From: Candidatus Sericytochromatia bacterium
Lineage (GTDB): Bacteria > Cyanobacteriota > Sericytochromatia > S15B-MN24 > UBA4093
NCBI GenBank assembly: GCA_036676495.1
Contig: JAKFCT010000029.1
Coordinates: 1-64,000, forward strand
DNA length: 64,000 bases
Reading direction: 5' to 3'
Part shown: positions 7,209 to 16,517 of the stretch, in pieces
Numbering within the stretch: the first letter of the stretch is position 1
Layout of the letters: each line of letters opens with the position of its first letter
The notes under the pieces: generated by a model
Databases searched by the model: none
What the model saw: only the letters and a program-made list of their open reading frames with translations
What the model was told of the DNA's origin: nothing
Made by a program: the position numbers and the translations under genes

Positions 7209-8872
7209 ACCCGCCCATCGATGCGCGTACCTCCCAGGTCCTGGGAGCGTTCAGCGACTTCCCGCTCTGCGCCCCCGATCCCGTGGCCGAGTTCGCCGCG
7301 CGCGCCCGGCATGTCCTGAAGGCCCCGATTGCCGCGGTCTGGCGCGGAGACTTCAGCCCGGGCCAGCTCAGCCTGGACCGCGCCTGGGACCTCTCGGCGG
7401 CCGAGGCCATCACCCTCTGGGCCGAAATCGAGGGTTCCCTGACCTTCGACTCCCCGGGCATCCTCGATCTCGACGAATCCCCCTGGACCTTCCGCTCCCC
7501 GGCCGCCAAGCGCATCTCGAGCTTGATCTACCTCCCCATCATGTCCAGCCAGCGCTTCCTGGGCGCGTTCATCTTCGCCCGAACGGCCGGGAGCTCGGAG
7601 TCCTTCTCCCGCGAGGAGCTCCAGGGACTCCGGCTTCCATTGCAGGCGGTGGCGTTCGCCTTGGACAACGAGCGGCTCGCGGCGAAAGCCGACGTGATGA
7701 CCCAGCGCCTGGAACTGCTGACCAATGCCGTTCCCCTGCCGGTTTGCTTCGTGGACGCCCATCAGAACGTCCTCCAGCCCAACACGGCCTTCAAGGACTT
7801 GCTCGGCCTCCCCTCGGATTACAAGGGAGGCCCCCCGCTCGCGCTCTGGGAGCGGTCCAAGAACCTCTTTGCCAACGCCCCACAGGTCGAAGGGAAACTG
7901 CGTGAGGCCATGGCCCAAGCAGAAGGCGGCATGGCGCTGGAGGTCGAATTCGCGGGAGAAGAGGATCTTCACTACCGCTTGCTTGGCATTCCCTTCCTGG
8001 ATCGGCAAGGGCGCTTCACGGGAGGAGCCTTGATCGGCTTCGACATCACCCCGGAACGCCGCCTGATGCGCCTGCAGCAAGAAAGCATCGACGACCTGGA
8101 CGCCAAGGTCCAGGAGCGCACCCGGGAGTTGCTCCTGGCCAACCAGGAGCTGCGGCGAATGGATCAGCTCAAGACCGACTTCATGTCGAACATGAGCCAC
8201 GAATTGCGCACGCCCCTCAACCAGATCATGGGCTACGGCTCGATGCTCCAGGACGGGGTCGCGGGCCCCGTCTCGCCCGAGCAGATCGGCTTCATCGACA
8301 ACATCATGGAAGGCTCGACCAAGGTCCTGAAACTCGTGAACGCCATCCTGGACCTCACCCGGATCGATGCCGGCAAGTTCACCTTGCATCCGACCTGGAA
8401 CGACTACCCCGAGTTCCTATCGAACGTGGTCGCCGCCGCTCGGCCGCAACTCCGCTCCAAAAGACTGGACGTGAAGCTCGAGCTGGCGCCGGACGTGACG
8501 ACGCTCTGGTTCTCCCCCGAGGAAATCGAGCAGGTGCTCACCAACTTGCTCGGCAATGCCATCAAGTTCACGCCCGCCGGGGGGACCCTCACCCTGCGCG
8601 CCTACCGCGATGGCGACGGGGTCGTCACCGAAGTCCAGGACACGGGCATCGGCATCCCGCTCGCGGACCAGGAACGGATCTTCGATCGCTTCGTGCAGGT
8701 GGATAGCAGCCTGACGCGAGGCTACGAGGGCTCGGGATTAGGGCTCGCCATCGTCAAGCAGCTCGTCGAGCTACATGGAGGCGTCGTCTCGGTCGAATCG
8801 GAACTGGGGCGGGGCTCATGCTTCAAGTTTTGGCTGGGCCAGCCTACCGAGATCCTCGAACGGAGCCGGTGA
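7205..8872 (+). CDS. Cytoplasmic sensor histidine kinase (GAF-like, PAS, HisKA, HATPase)
   Basis: SHELRTPL H-box, NLLGNAIKF, DTGIGI, GSGLGLAI; ATGA overlap with the Clp_N gene. Confidence 0.93.
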   Translation: MNPPIDARTSQVLGAFSDFPLCAPDPVAEFAARARHVLKAPIAAVWRGDFSPGQLSLDRAWDLSAAEAITLWAEIEGSLTFDSPGILDLDESPWTFRSPAAKRISSLIYLPIMSSQRFLGAFIFARTAGSSESFSREELQGLRLPLQAVAFALDNERLAAKADVMTQRLELLTNAVPLPVCFVDAHQNVLQPNTAFKDLLGLPSDYKGGPPLALWERSKNLFANAPQVEGKLREAMAQAEGGMALEVEFAGEEDLHYRLLGIPFLDRQGRFTGGALIGFDITPERRLMRLQQESIDDLDAKVQERTRELLLANQELRRMDQLKTDFMSNMSHELRTPLNQIMGYGSMLQDGVAGPVSPEQIGFIDNIMEGSTKVLKLVNAILDLTRIDAGKFTLHPTWNDYPEFLSNVVAAARPQLRSKRLDVKLELAPDVTTLWFSPEEIEQVLTNLLGNAIKFTPAGGTLTLRAYRDGDGVVTEVQDTGIGIPLADQERIFDRFVQVDSSLTRGYEGSGLGLAIVKQLVELHGGVVSVESELGRGSCFKFWLGQPTEILERSR

Positions 8873-8885
8873 GTCCTTCCCCTCG

Positions 8886-8921
8886 AAAAGGAAGACTCCC
8901 GGGCCGAAAGCCAGGGAGTCT
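8886..8921 (-). terminator. Terminator between convergent kinase and lipoprotein genes
   Basis: AGACTCCC..GGGAGTCT stem followed by TCCTTTT on the minus strand. Confidence 0.6.
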
Positions 8922-8927
8922 GGAAGA

Positions 8928-10076
8928 TTATCGGACGCCGGGCCGCGTGGTGGGCGTTCCTTCCAGCGAGACGTCGATCGCCGTGGCTTCCACCTGACGA
9001 ATGAGCGCGCGGTTCACGACGCCCTGAGCGGTGACCGTGCCCAGGGAAGCCCCGTTTTCGCCCAGCAGCTCGAGGTCGATGGACGCGAAGCCCTCCGGCA
9101 TGTCGGGAACCCTCAGGACCGCCGCGCCCGACTGGAAGCGGACGGCCTCCCGAGGCATGGTTCCCGCACGCGGAGCCTGCAGCATCGAGGCGCTGATCTG
9201 ATAGCGCAGGCCGTGGATCACGGCGGGCAAGGCCTCGGGCACGCGGCCCGTCGCCGGCTCTTTCAACGGCACCTTGACCTCGATCGCGCCCTGCTCTTCG
9301 GCGTAAGGCGCCGTGGCCCAGATCTGGTCGACCATGGCCCGCAGGTCGATCGTGGCGGCGGCCTGAGGCGCCATCGCATCTCCGGTGCTGGGGGCCATGA
9401 CGCCCAGGGCGTTGGTCCAGCCCAGGACGACCGCCGGCCAAAGCACGCGATCGCGGGGGTGGCCGCCTGAAGCGACTCGGAGCGCTTCCAGGGAGGCCGA
9501 GAGAGCTCTCGAGAGCTCCGATGCGGTGGAGGAGGGACTGCCGACTCCCACGGAGTCCAGCGTGTTCGCGCTGGCCTGGATCGCGATCCCGCGCGCGACG
9601 GGAAGGCGCTCGGCGAGCTTCTTCCACTGGTCCGGCTTCGCGTTCCACGCCTCGTTTCCGGGCAAGGTCATGCCGCCGAGCGCCGAGCCGAGGGCCCAGG
9701 CGACCGTGGTGCTGCCGCGGGTGAGATCGAGCGTGCGATCCTCTTGGCGCTTGTCGCTTCGAGGAGTCAGGAGCAAGGCGGCCGATCCGGGGGCATGGAG
9801 GGCGATCGTCAGGTCCTCGCTCAGCGGCAAGGAGACGCGAACGCTGAAACGCTTTTGATCGTCGAGCTTGCCCTGCGCGACCACGGCTCCCGTCGCCAGG
9901 TTGACGGCCGTGACCGTCTGCTGAGGCTGGGCCCACTTGGCTTCGCCGGAAACCGTGACGAGGCGCTGCCCGGTGGCCATGGCGAAGCCCACGGTCGTGG
10001 CGTCGAGGACGACACAACCGGTGGGGAGGAGCGCCAGGGCTCCGAGGAGGCTCCAGGTGGCGAGACGGCGTGCCAT
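8928..10076 (-). CDS. Uncharacterised lipoprotein, beta-sandwich-like domains
   Basis: Signal peptide with LPTGC lipobox; last gene of a 3-gene unit with 6-16 nt gaps. Confidence 0.7.
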   Translation of the reverse strand: MARRLATWSLLGALALLPTGCVVLDATTVGFAMATGQRLVTVSGEAKWAQPQQTVTAVNLATGAVVAQGKLDDQKRFSVRVSLPLSEDLTIALHAPGSAALLLTPRSDKRQEDRTLDLTRGSTTVAWALGSALGGMTLPGNEAWNAKPDQWKKLAERLPVARGIAIQASANTLDSVGVGSPSSTASELSRALSASLEALRVASGGHPRDRVLWPAVVLGWTNALGVMAPSTGDAMAPQAAATIDLRAMVDQIWATAPYAEEQGAIEVKVPLKEPATGRVPEALPAVIHGLRYQISASMLQAPRAGTMPREAVRFQSGAAVLRVPDMPEGFASIDLELLGENGASLGTVTAQGVVNRALIRQVEATAIDVSLEGTPTTRPGVR

Positions 10077-10082
10077 GTCCGG

Positions 10083-10784
10083 TTACTGGACGGAGGCCGC
10101 CGGCGGCTTCTCGATAATCGTGACGTTGCCGCCGATTTCGACCAGCCCGATGTTCAAGGTCACCTCCAGAGTCTCCGGAAGCGTGAAGTTGGCCGTGCCC
10201 ACCACGGTCGGGGTGGTGACATCGAAGCCCACGATGTGAGCCTTGCTCGTGCCCCCGCTGAGCGCCGCCGCGAAGGCCGCGACCTTGCCGGTGGAGCTCG
10301 GGCGAACGTTGGTGAAGGTGACGCGCTGCGGCGGAACCTGGTTCTTGATGGAGGTTCCCGTCGCGTAGTACAGGTAGCGCTTGAAGTCGGTATGCTTGCT
10401 CACGACGAAACCGGGCATGCCGAGGGTGGGATCTGCCAGCATCTGGTGGATGGCCTGGTGGTAGCCGGGCTCGACGGTCGACTCACCGGCGTAGCCGAAG
10501 TAACCCGTCGCGGAATCCACGTCCAGCAGACCGACGACCAGGTTATCGAGCTGAGCCCGGGTGTACTGGGTCTGGTAGGAAGGAAGGTTGAGCGCCACCG
10601 TCACGTTGGAGTTTCCGGGCTCGGTGGGGGCGCCGACCGTGATCGCCGTGGGATCGGTCACCTGGGCCGTCTCGATCGGGGGCTTCGGGGTACCGACCAT
10701 GGCGATGCCGAGCGCCGCGCAACCCGTCTGCCCGACTGCCAAGCTCAAGCATAAGCCACCGATGATGTATCTAGTGCTGACCAT
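10083..10784 (-). CDS. Uncharacterised lipoprotein, paralog of 10801-11886
   Basis: GQTGC lipobox; shares YQTQ..LVxGLxD..YFGY..KRYLY..TFxxVR..AFxAA with its neighbour. Confidence 0.75.
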   Translation of the reverse strand: MVSTRYIIGGLCLSLAVGQTGCAALGIAMVGTPKPPIETAQVTDPTAITVGAPTEPGNSNVTVALNLPSYQTQYTRAQLDNLVVGLLDVDSATGYFGYAGESTVEPGYHQAIHQMLADPTLGMPGFVVSKHTDFKRYLYYATGTSIKNQVPPQRVTFTNVRPSSTGKVAAFAAALSGGTSKAHIVGFDVTTPTVVGTANFTLPETLEVTLNIGLVEIGGNVTIIEKPPAASVQ

Positions 10785-10800
10785 CTTGAATTCCTCTCTC

Positions 10801-11886
10801 CTATTGATCTAGTGGCAGTTCAAGGCGCTGCGGGGTATTGCTGCCGACCTGTAGCGTGATGCCGTCTTCCTGATCGGGCAGACCGACCAGGGCGTCGGCG
10901 GCATCCAGAGCGGCCGCAAAAACGGAATACTGACCTCCCGGCCGAAGATTCGAGAAGAGCACGCTTCGTTCGCCTGCCACCGCTCCCGGGCCCGCCGGGA
11001 TCACGGCGTAGATGAAGCGGTTGTACTCTCCGGATTTCCCCACGGTATCAGGGAACGTGAACGGGTAATCGAAGTAGCCCTTGGTGAAGACTGCGCCGCT
11101 CCATGTCCCGGCAACTTCGGGGTGAAAAGCCGGGGCATTGGCGCTGGTTCCCTTGTCGCCGAAGCGGGGGACGCGGTTGGGATCCATGTCGGCGAGGGCG
11201 ACGACGACCTTGGCCGCCGAGGACAGGGGGACCATCTGGGTTCCGGTGAAGTTCACGAAGACCGGAAGGCTCGCGAGCCCGCGATCCAGGGTCATCGTGA
11301 GCGTCAGAGGGGCCGAGGGGACCCCGTTGACGATCGAGAAAGGAGTCGCCGAGCGGGCGAAGCCCAGGAGGTCCGCCGACGTGAGGGTGGCCGAGTCCTT
11401 GCCGAAAGCCGCCACGAAGGCGACGTAACGGGGAGTCGCGCTCTCCCGCACGCCCGCGAAGGTCATGGAAAGCTTCGACGCGTCGGGGGCGATCGCGTAG
11501 AGATAGCGCTTGGTCTGGGCCCATTGGCCCTCGTTCAAACCTTCGCCGGAGAACAGACTGGTTCCCGGGTTACCGTTGCCGGCGATGGCCAGGTGGAACG
11601 GGGTACCGGATTCCGGAAGGGAGGCGTTCGTGGTGCCGTTATGGACGTAGCCGAAGTAGGTATCGTTCTGCGCGATATCCACCAGCCCGAAGACCAGGGT
11701 CTTGATGTCTCCGAGCAGGTTCTGGGTCTGGTAATCCTTTGCCGGCATGCGCACGCTGAGCGTCACGGCGCCGGAGGCCTCCAGCGGGGCGGCGACCGGA
11801 GACACGGCCGGCGGCATGCAGCCCGCGAGCAGAAGCAACGCGAGCAGCGGGGTGAATAGGGCGTTCAAGATGACGGGAATACGCAT
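10801..11886 (-). CDS. Uncharacterised lipoprotein with internally duplicated domain
   Basis: LLAGC lipobox; repeats KRYLYAIAP..MTFAGVR..YVAFVAA and NRFIYAVIP..VLFSNLR..YSVFAAA. Confidence 0.75.
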   Translation of the reverse strand: MRIPVILNALFTPLLALLLLAGCMPPAVSPVAAPLEASGAVTLSVRMPAKDYQTQNLLGDIKTLVFGLVDIAQNDTYFGYVHNGTTNASLPESGTPFHLAIAGNGNPGTSLFSGEGLNEGQWAQTKRYLYAIAPDASKLSMTFAGVRESATPRYVAFVAAFGKDSATLTSADLLGFARSATPFSIVNGVPSAPLTLTMTLDRGLASLPVFVNFTGTQMVPLSSAAKVVVALADMDPNRVPRFGDKGTSANAPAFHPEVAGTWSGAVFTKGYFDYPFTFPDTVGKSGEYNRFIYAVIPAGPGAVAGERSVLFSNLRPGGQYSVFAAALDAADALVGLPDQEDGITLQVGSNTPQRLELPLDQ

Positions 11887-12010
11887 GGTTCCTTAACGAT
11901 AATCGAGTTTGCCATCAGCCGCCAGGGGCTCGAGCGATTCACCGAGGAGTTGTACCCCGAGCGGGCGCGGTTCTATCTGCCCTTCAACCAACACGTCCAA
12001 GATTTTGCGC

Positions 12011-13429
12011 TCACGCCCGCATCCAGGCGGCGAGCTCCTCCACCTGGGTCACGTAGCGGGCGTTTTCCACCCCGTCGACATGGTACGGTCCCTCGAGAGG
12101 CACGTAAGCATCCGCTTGTCGGATGAGATCCCGGCGTTCCGTCTCGCTCAAGTTGCCCAGGATCAGCATGATCTTGGGAAGCGACGTCCCCCGCTCGAAC
12201 AAGCGCAGGTAATCCCCCAGTAATTGATTCACTTCCGGCCCGGTGAGCGGGGCGGCCGAGAGGGTCAGCACCCAGGGTGACTCGGCGTCGCAGGCTGCGA
12301 GGAACGCCGCGACCAAGCTGTCCCAGGCGCTCGCCGGGTCGTGCCAATCCGGGAAGGCGACGACCTGGCGCAAGCTAGCAAAGCCTTCCAAGCGGTGCCT
12401 CGGGCCCCAACCGGGTTCGCCGCCCATGAAGAGGCGCAGATTCGCATAAGGGTTAAGCGCCTCGGGAAGATCGCACTTTTCGAGCGACAGAGGGTCTCGG
12501 GCCGCCTGGCGCCGGGCCGCCCGTTGTTGCCGGAGCCGATCCCGCTCCTGGAGGAGGCGCGGCAAGAGCTGATCCGCGGCCTGACGCATCTGCGCGACCG
12601 AGATCTCCTGCGTGCAGGGGGTCCGTCCGTCGAAGACGCGCGTCGAGCGACATTCGGGAAGGACGTTGCCCGTCCAGCCGCAATGGCGGCACTCCGGAGC
12701 GGTCTCGACCACCACCGACTCCGCATCGTAGGCATAGGCCCCGTAGGGGGTGCTCGCACCCCAGGGAGCCAGGATGGGGGTGCCGACGCCTCCGGCGAGG
12801 TGGGTCAGGCCCCCATGGTTCCCGATGAAGAGATCGGCCGCCGAGAGGAGGGCCATGGTCTGTCGCAGATCCGTCTGGCCCACCAGGTCGTAGCCGATCC
12901 CGACATGGCCCGCCGTGAAGCCGTTTCCGAGTTCGAGGTAGGTCCCGCCGTAAGCCTCTTGAAGGCCTTCGAGAAGCTCGGCGAAGCGCTCCTCACCCCA
13001 GCGGCGATCCGGCTCCTTGCTGTCCACCGAATAGGCGATGATCAAGTCGTCAGGGCGATCGGGCGTGAGGCCGAGCGCGTCGACCTCCTCGGGCAGGACA
13101 TAGAGGCGAGGCGGCCCGGCAACCGGGGCAAAGCCATGCGTCTCGAGGAAGTGCGCGAAGATCGTGCGGCCTTGCGCCAGGGAGTCCTTCAGGAGATGGG
13201 CGTTGGTTTGGAAGCGGACGATCTCGTCGAAGGCGTCATCTGGGCTGGTCTCGTCGAAGGCATCGACGAGGGGGTTGCCCCAGGCGAGATTTCGGGATCC
13301 CCGGGAGACGAGCGTGCTTTCGGGCTGAGCGGCCTTCAGGGCGTCGTAGAAGTTGAGTTCGCAGACGATGTCCCCGATGCCCTTCTCCCCGCGATGGTCG
13401 ACGAGGATGCGGCGGGGGTCACTGGTCAT
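12011..13429 (-). CDS. GT9 (heptosyltransferase-like) glycosyltransferase with extra C-terminal module
   Basis: GIGD, RRWGEERF, DLVGQTDL, LFIGNHGGLTHLAGGVGTP; overlaps fliT stop. Confidence 0.85.
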   Translation of the reverse strand: MTSDPRRILVDHRGEKGIGDIVCELNFYDALKAAQPESTLVSRGSRNLAWGNPLVDAFDETSPDDAFDEIVRFQTNAHLLKDSLAQGRTIFAHFLETHGFAPVAGPPRLYVLPEEVDALGLTPDRPDDLIIAYSVDSKEPDRRWGEERFAELLEGLQEAYGGTYLELGNGFTAGHVGIGYDLVGQTDLRQTMALLSAADLFIGNHGGLTHLAGGVGTPILAPWGASTPYGAYAYDAESVVVETAPECRHCGWTGNVLPECRSTRVFDGRTPCTQEISVAQMRQAADQLLPRLLQERDRLRQQRAARRQAARDPLSLEKCDLPEALNPYANLRLFMGGEPGWGPRHRLEGFASLRQVVAFPDWHDPASAWDSLVAAFLAACDAESPWVLTLSAAPLTGPEVNQLLGDYLRLFERGTSLPKIMLILGNLSETERRDLIRQADAYVPLEGPYHVDGVENARYVTQVEELAAWMRA

Positions 13430-13781
13430 GATCGATGAAGTGGGACTCCGAGACGCCTCGCAGGTTGTCCAGGTACCCGACGACAGCGCTATTGCTCTGC
13501 TGGAGGGACTGGATCTCGTCCTTGAGGGAGTCGTACTTGCGGGTCATGACGGTCTGGTTGACCTGATCCTTGACCCGGAGTTGCGTGAGCAAGGCGCGGG
13601 CTTCCTGGCGATCGCCCGGGAGGTCTCCGTCGTGGATCAAGGCTTCGGCGCGGGAGATGAGGCGATCGCGCTTCATGAGCAGCGCCCCGAGGCGCTCCCA
13701 GTCTTCCTGGGCGATCGCCTCGGCTTGCTGTTCGGTGAGGGCGATCGCCTCACGGTAGACCTGAACCAGTTCCGAGGGCAT
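13419..13781 (-). CDS. fliT: FliT-like flagellar chaperone
   Basis: AIAQEDWERLGALLMKRDRLI helix motif; position after fliS. Confidence 0.7.
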   Translation of the reverse strand: MPSELVQVYREAIALTEQQAEAIAQEDWERLGALLMKRDRLISRAEALIHDGDLPGDRQEARALLTQLRVKDQVNQTVMTRKYDSLKDEIQSLQQSNSAVVGYLDNLRGVSESHFIDHDQ

Positions 13782-13783
13782 GG

Positions 13784-14197
13784 CTAGGCGCTGGCACCGA
13801 GTTTGCGCTCGGCCGCCACGTTCTTGGCAGCGACGACCCAGGCCTCGTGGAGTTCCCGCACGAACCCCAGGACCTCGTCGACGATGGCGGCGTTCTTCTG
13901 GGTGTTGGCCTGGGTGAGACGACCGTTGAGGTACTCGTAGAGGTCGAAGAGGTTCTGGGCGACCTCGCCGCCGTCCTTCATGTTGAGGGTGGCCATGAAC
14001 TCCGTGATGATATCCTGAGCCTTCACGATGCTCTGGTGCGCCAGCTCGTAATTGCGCTCGAGGATTCCCTTGCGGCCCGCGTTCAGGAATCGGATCGCCC
14101 CTTCGTAGAGCATCAGCAAGAGGCGCTCGGGCGAGGCAGTATCGATCTGAGCCTGCTGATACTGAGCGTAGGGATTGCCAGCGAGAAGTGGATTCAT
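13784..14197 (-). CDS. fliS: Flagellin export chaperone FliS
   Basis: TASPERLLLMLYEGAI, KAQDIITE, NLFDLYEY, LHEAW. Confidence 0.97.
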   Translation of the reverse strand: MNPLLAGNPYAQYQQAQIDTASPERLLLMLYEGAIRFLNAGRKGILERNYELAHQSIVKAQDIITEFMATLNMKDGGEVAQNLFDLYEYLNGRLTQANTQKNAAIVDEVLGFVRELHEAWVVAAKNVAAERKLGASA

Positions 14198-14217
14198 GGT
14201 CGCTAAACTCCTTTAGC

Positions 14218-15963
14218 TTACGAGGACTGCAGGGAGGAAAGCTGAGACATCAAGGCGGACTGCTGGGACTTCATGAGTCCCACGGCCTTCTCCATGGCGG
14301 TGAACTGACCGACGAGAATCTTGCGACGCTGCTCGAGACGGACTTCGTAAGCCTCGATCTGATCGTCGATGTACTTGGTCTGGCGAGAGGCCGAGTCCTT
14401 GCGCGTCGCGAAGACCCCTTCCGCTCCCCCGACCTCGTTCAGATAGGCCCGGAGTCGACCCGCAACTCCCGTGGGGTTCTCCGCGGACACGTCCTTGTTG
14501 AAGAGTTCCGCCACGCGATCGGGATTGTTCGCCAGCGCTTCCTTGAACTTGGTCTCGTTCAGCGAGAGATGCTTCCGGTCATCCGTGGTGGTGCCGATAC
14601 CAATGGACGAAAGGGTAGCCTGAGCGCCGGACAGCCCTGAGACCGGCTCGTAGACCAATCGGTAGAGCTTGCTCAGGATACCGCTCAGGGCGCTGTCTCC
14701 CTGGAGAGGCTGTCCCTTGGCGCGGGCCGCCTCGATGGCGTCGACCGTGGCGTTGAACTCGTTGATGAAGCCCTTGATGTTGTTGATCGTGGCGTCCGTA
14801 TCCGAACTGACGGTGATCGTCGTCCAATCGGAGGTCTTGACCTCCTTGGCGGTGAAGATCAGGCCGGGAACCACGTTCTTGAACTCGTTGGTCGCGCTCT
14901 CGATGTTGCCGCTGATCCCGTCGACGGTGATGCTGGCGTTCTTGCCCGTCGTCTGCGGGGCTCCCAGCAGCTTGGTCGCGGAAAGGAAGTTCCCGGTCAC
15001 GTCCTCGAGGCCGATGGCCGCGTTGCCGGTGGTCTTGTTGGTGAGGACGATCTTGTCCTCGATGGAGTTGTAGCTTGCGACCACGCCGGCGCCGGACGAG
15101 TTGATCCGGTTGAGGACGTCGTTCATGGCATCGGAACTGACGTTGTAAGTGATCTCGACGCCGTTGATCTTGAAGAGACCATTGCCGCTGCCATCGCCGG
15201 TGATGGGGGTGGCGAAATTGGCTCCGTTCGCACCGCCATCGTTGAGGGGCTGGGTGACCTGGGTCACGTTCATACGGGCCCCAGTGCGGAAATTATTCTC
15301 AGAGGTCGGAGATTTCAAACCCGCGATGGTCAGGAAATTGGACGTATCCGAACCGCTGCCGATGGCCACTCCCGCGCCCACGTCGAGGCGGATCTGCCCC
15401 TGAGCGGTCAGGCTTGCCCCACCAGCCCCCAGCCCCGTGGCGCCCGACACCGAGACATTGGCGGAGCCCGTCCCATTGAGCGCATCGACAATCTCATCGA
15501 GCGTCGCGTCCGTGCTGTTGATGGTCAGAGTAGCCCCCCCGAGGGTGAAAGTTCCCGTGGTGATGGCGGTGGTGCTGGAGGGCTTGAGTTCCGAAAGCTT
15601 GAGCGAGCCAACCGCGGAGGTCGCAAGGCCCATGGTGCTCCCGACCGAGGTGGCGGTTGCCAGCTGGTTCACCTTGATCCGGTAGGAGCCCTCGGCGGCA
15701 CCTGCTCCTGCGACGGCCGTCAGGACGGAGTCCGCAGAGGTCGTCACCTTTTTGACCTTGAGGTTCCGCTCCATCGTGAGATCGCTAAGTTTGCTCTTGA
15801 GGGCCGAGAGGCGCGTATTGAGCGCCTGAAAGGCTGAGTCCTTCTTGGTGATCTGAGCCTTACGGCTCTCCAGCGTCATGAGCGGCTTGCGCTCGAACAT
15901 CATCAGCTGTTCGACGATGGTGGTGGTATCGAGTCCCGAGGACAACCCTCCGATTTGAAACAT
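14218..15963 (-). CDS. fliD: Flagellar filament cap FliD
   Basis: GLSSGLDTTTIVEQLM N-terminus; QFTAMEKAV..QSALM C-terminus. Confidence 0.96.
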   Translation of the reverse strand: MFQIGGLSSGLDTTTIVEQLMMFERKPLMTLESRKAQITKKDSAFQALNTRLSALKSKLSDLTMERNLKVKKVTTSADSVLTAVAGAGAAEGSYRIKVNQLATATSVGSTMGLATSAVGSLKLSELKPSSTTAITTGTFTLGGATLTINSTDATLDEIVDALNGTGSANVSVSGATGLGAGGASLTAQGQIRLDVGAGVAIGSGSDTSNFLTIAGLKSPTSENNFRTGARMNVTQVTQPLNDGGANGANFATPITGDGSGNGLFKINGVEITYNVSSDAMNDVLNRINSSGAGVVASYNSIEDKIVLTNKTTGNAAIGLEDVTGNFLSATKLLGAPQTTGKNASITVDGISGNIESATNEFKNVVPGLIFTAKEVKTSDWTTITVSSDTDATINNIKGFINEFNATVDAIEAARAKGQPLQGDSALSGILSKLYRLVYEPVSGLSGAQATLSSIGIGTTTDDRKHLSLNETKFKEALANNPDRVAELFNKDVSAENPTGVAGRLRAYLNEVGGAEGVFATRKDSASRQTKYIDDQIEAYEVRLEQRRKILVGQFTAMEKAVGLMKSQQSALMSQLSSLQSS

Positions 15964-15989
15964 CTCCGCCCTCCTTGGCTTGGTAGCGT

Positions 15990-16370
15990 CTACCGGATCT
16001 TGTCCACGAACAGCCCGGAGAGCTGCTTCTGGAACATGGAGACCATGTCGAGAATCTGCTCCGAGGGGAACTCGCGGATGACCTCGTTGGTTTCCGAGTT
16101 GAGGACCTGGACCATGACGGACTGGGTGCCGTCGTGGATCTTGAACTTCAGGTTGCGATCGAAGGCCTGGACGATCTGCTCGAGTTGCTTGACGGCCTGA
16201 GGCAGGAGGCGCGAGCCAGCGGCCTTCGCCTCGTCCGCGGCCTGCTGCTGTGCGGGAGTCGCCGGCTGGCGCTGCTGCTGATCGACAGCCTTCTCGGTCT
16301 TTTGGACGTCGGTGTCGTGTAGTTGCTGAGAGGCCATTCCCGTCGTGGCGATGACGCCTTCGATTCGCAT
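15990..16370 (-). CDS. flaG: Flagellar protein FlaG
   Basis: LKFKIHDGT..VLNSETNEVIREFPSEQIL..GLFVDK; lies between fliC and fliD. Confidence 0.93.
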   Translation of the reverse strand: MRIEGVIATTGMASQQLHDTDVQKTEKAVDQQQRQPATPAQQQAADEAKAAGSRLLPQAVKQLEQIVQAFDRNLKFKIHDGTQSVMVQVLNSETNEVIREFPSEQILDMVSMFQKQLSGLFVDKIR

Positions 16371-16415
16371 GGCGCTCCTCCTTCCGTCTACGTGGAGACT
16401 ATATACGCATGTGTA

Positions 16416-16442
16416 ACATCGGCCCGATCGGCCGAAACTTTA
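16416..16442 (-). promoter_or_regulatory. Sigma28 (FliA/SigD) promoter of flaG-fliD-fliS-fliT
   Basis: TAAAGTTT-N11-GCCGATGT, near-consensus. Confidence 0.9.
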
Positions 16443-16451
16443 GCCACCCTG

Positions 16452-16489
16452 AAAAAACGAGGGGGGAAGGCAAGCCCTCCCCCCTCGTC
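16452..16489 (-). terminator. Intrinsic terminator of fliC
   Basis: ACGAGGGGGGAGGG-cttg-CCTTCCCCCCTCGT followed by a T run. Confidence 0.85.
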
Positions 16490-16517
16490 AACCTGGATGA
16501 GATCCAGGCTACCCGGT

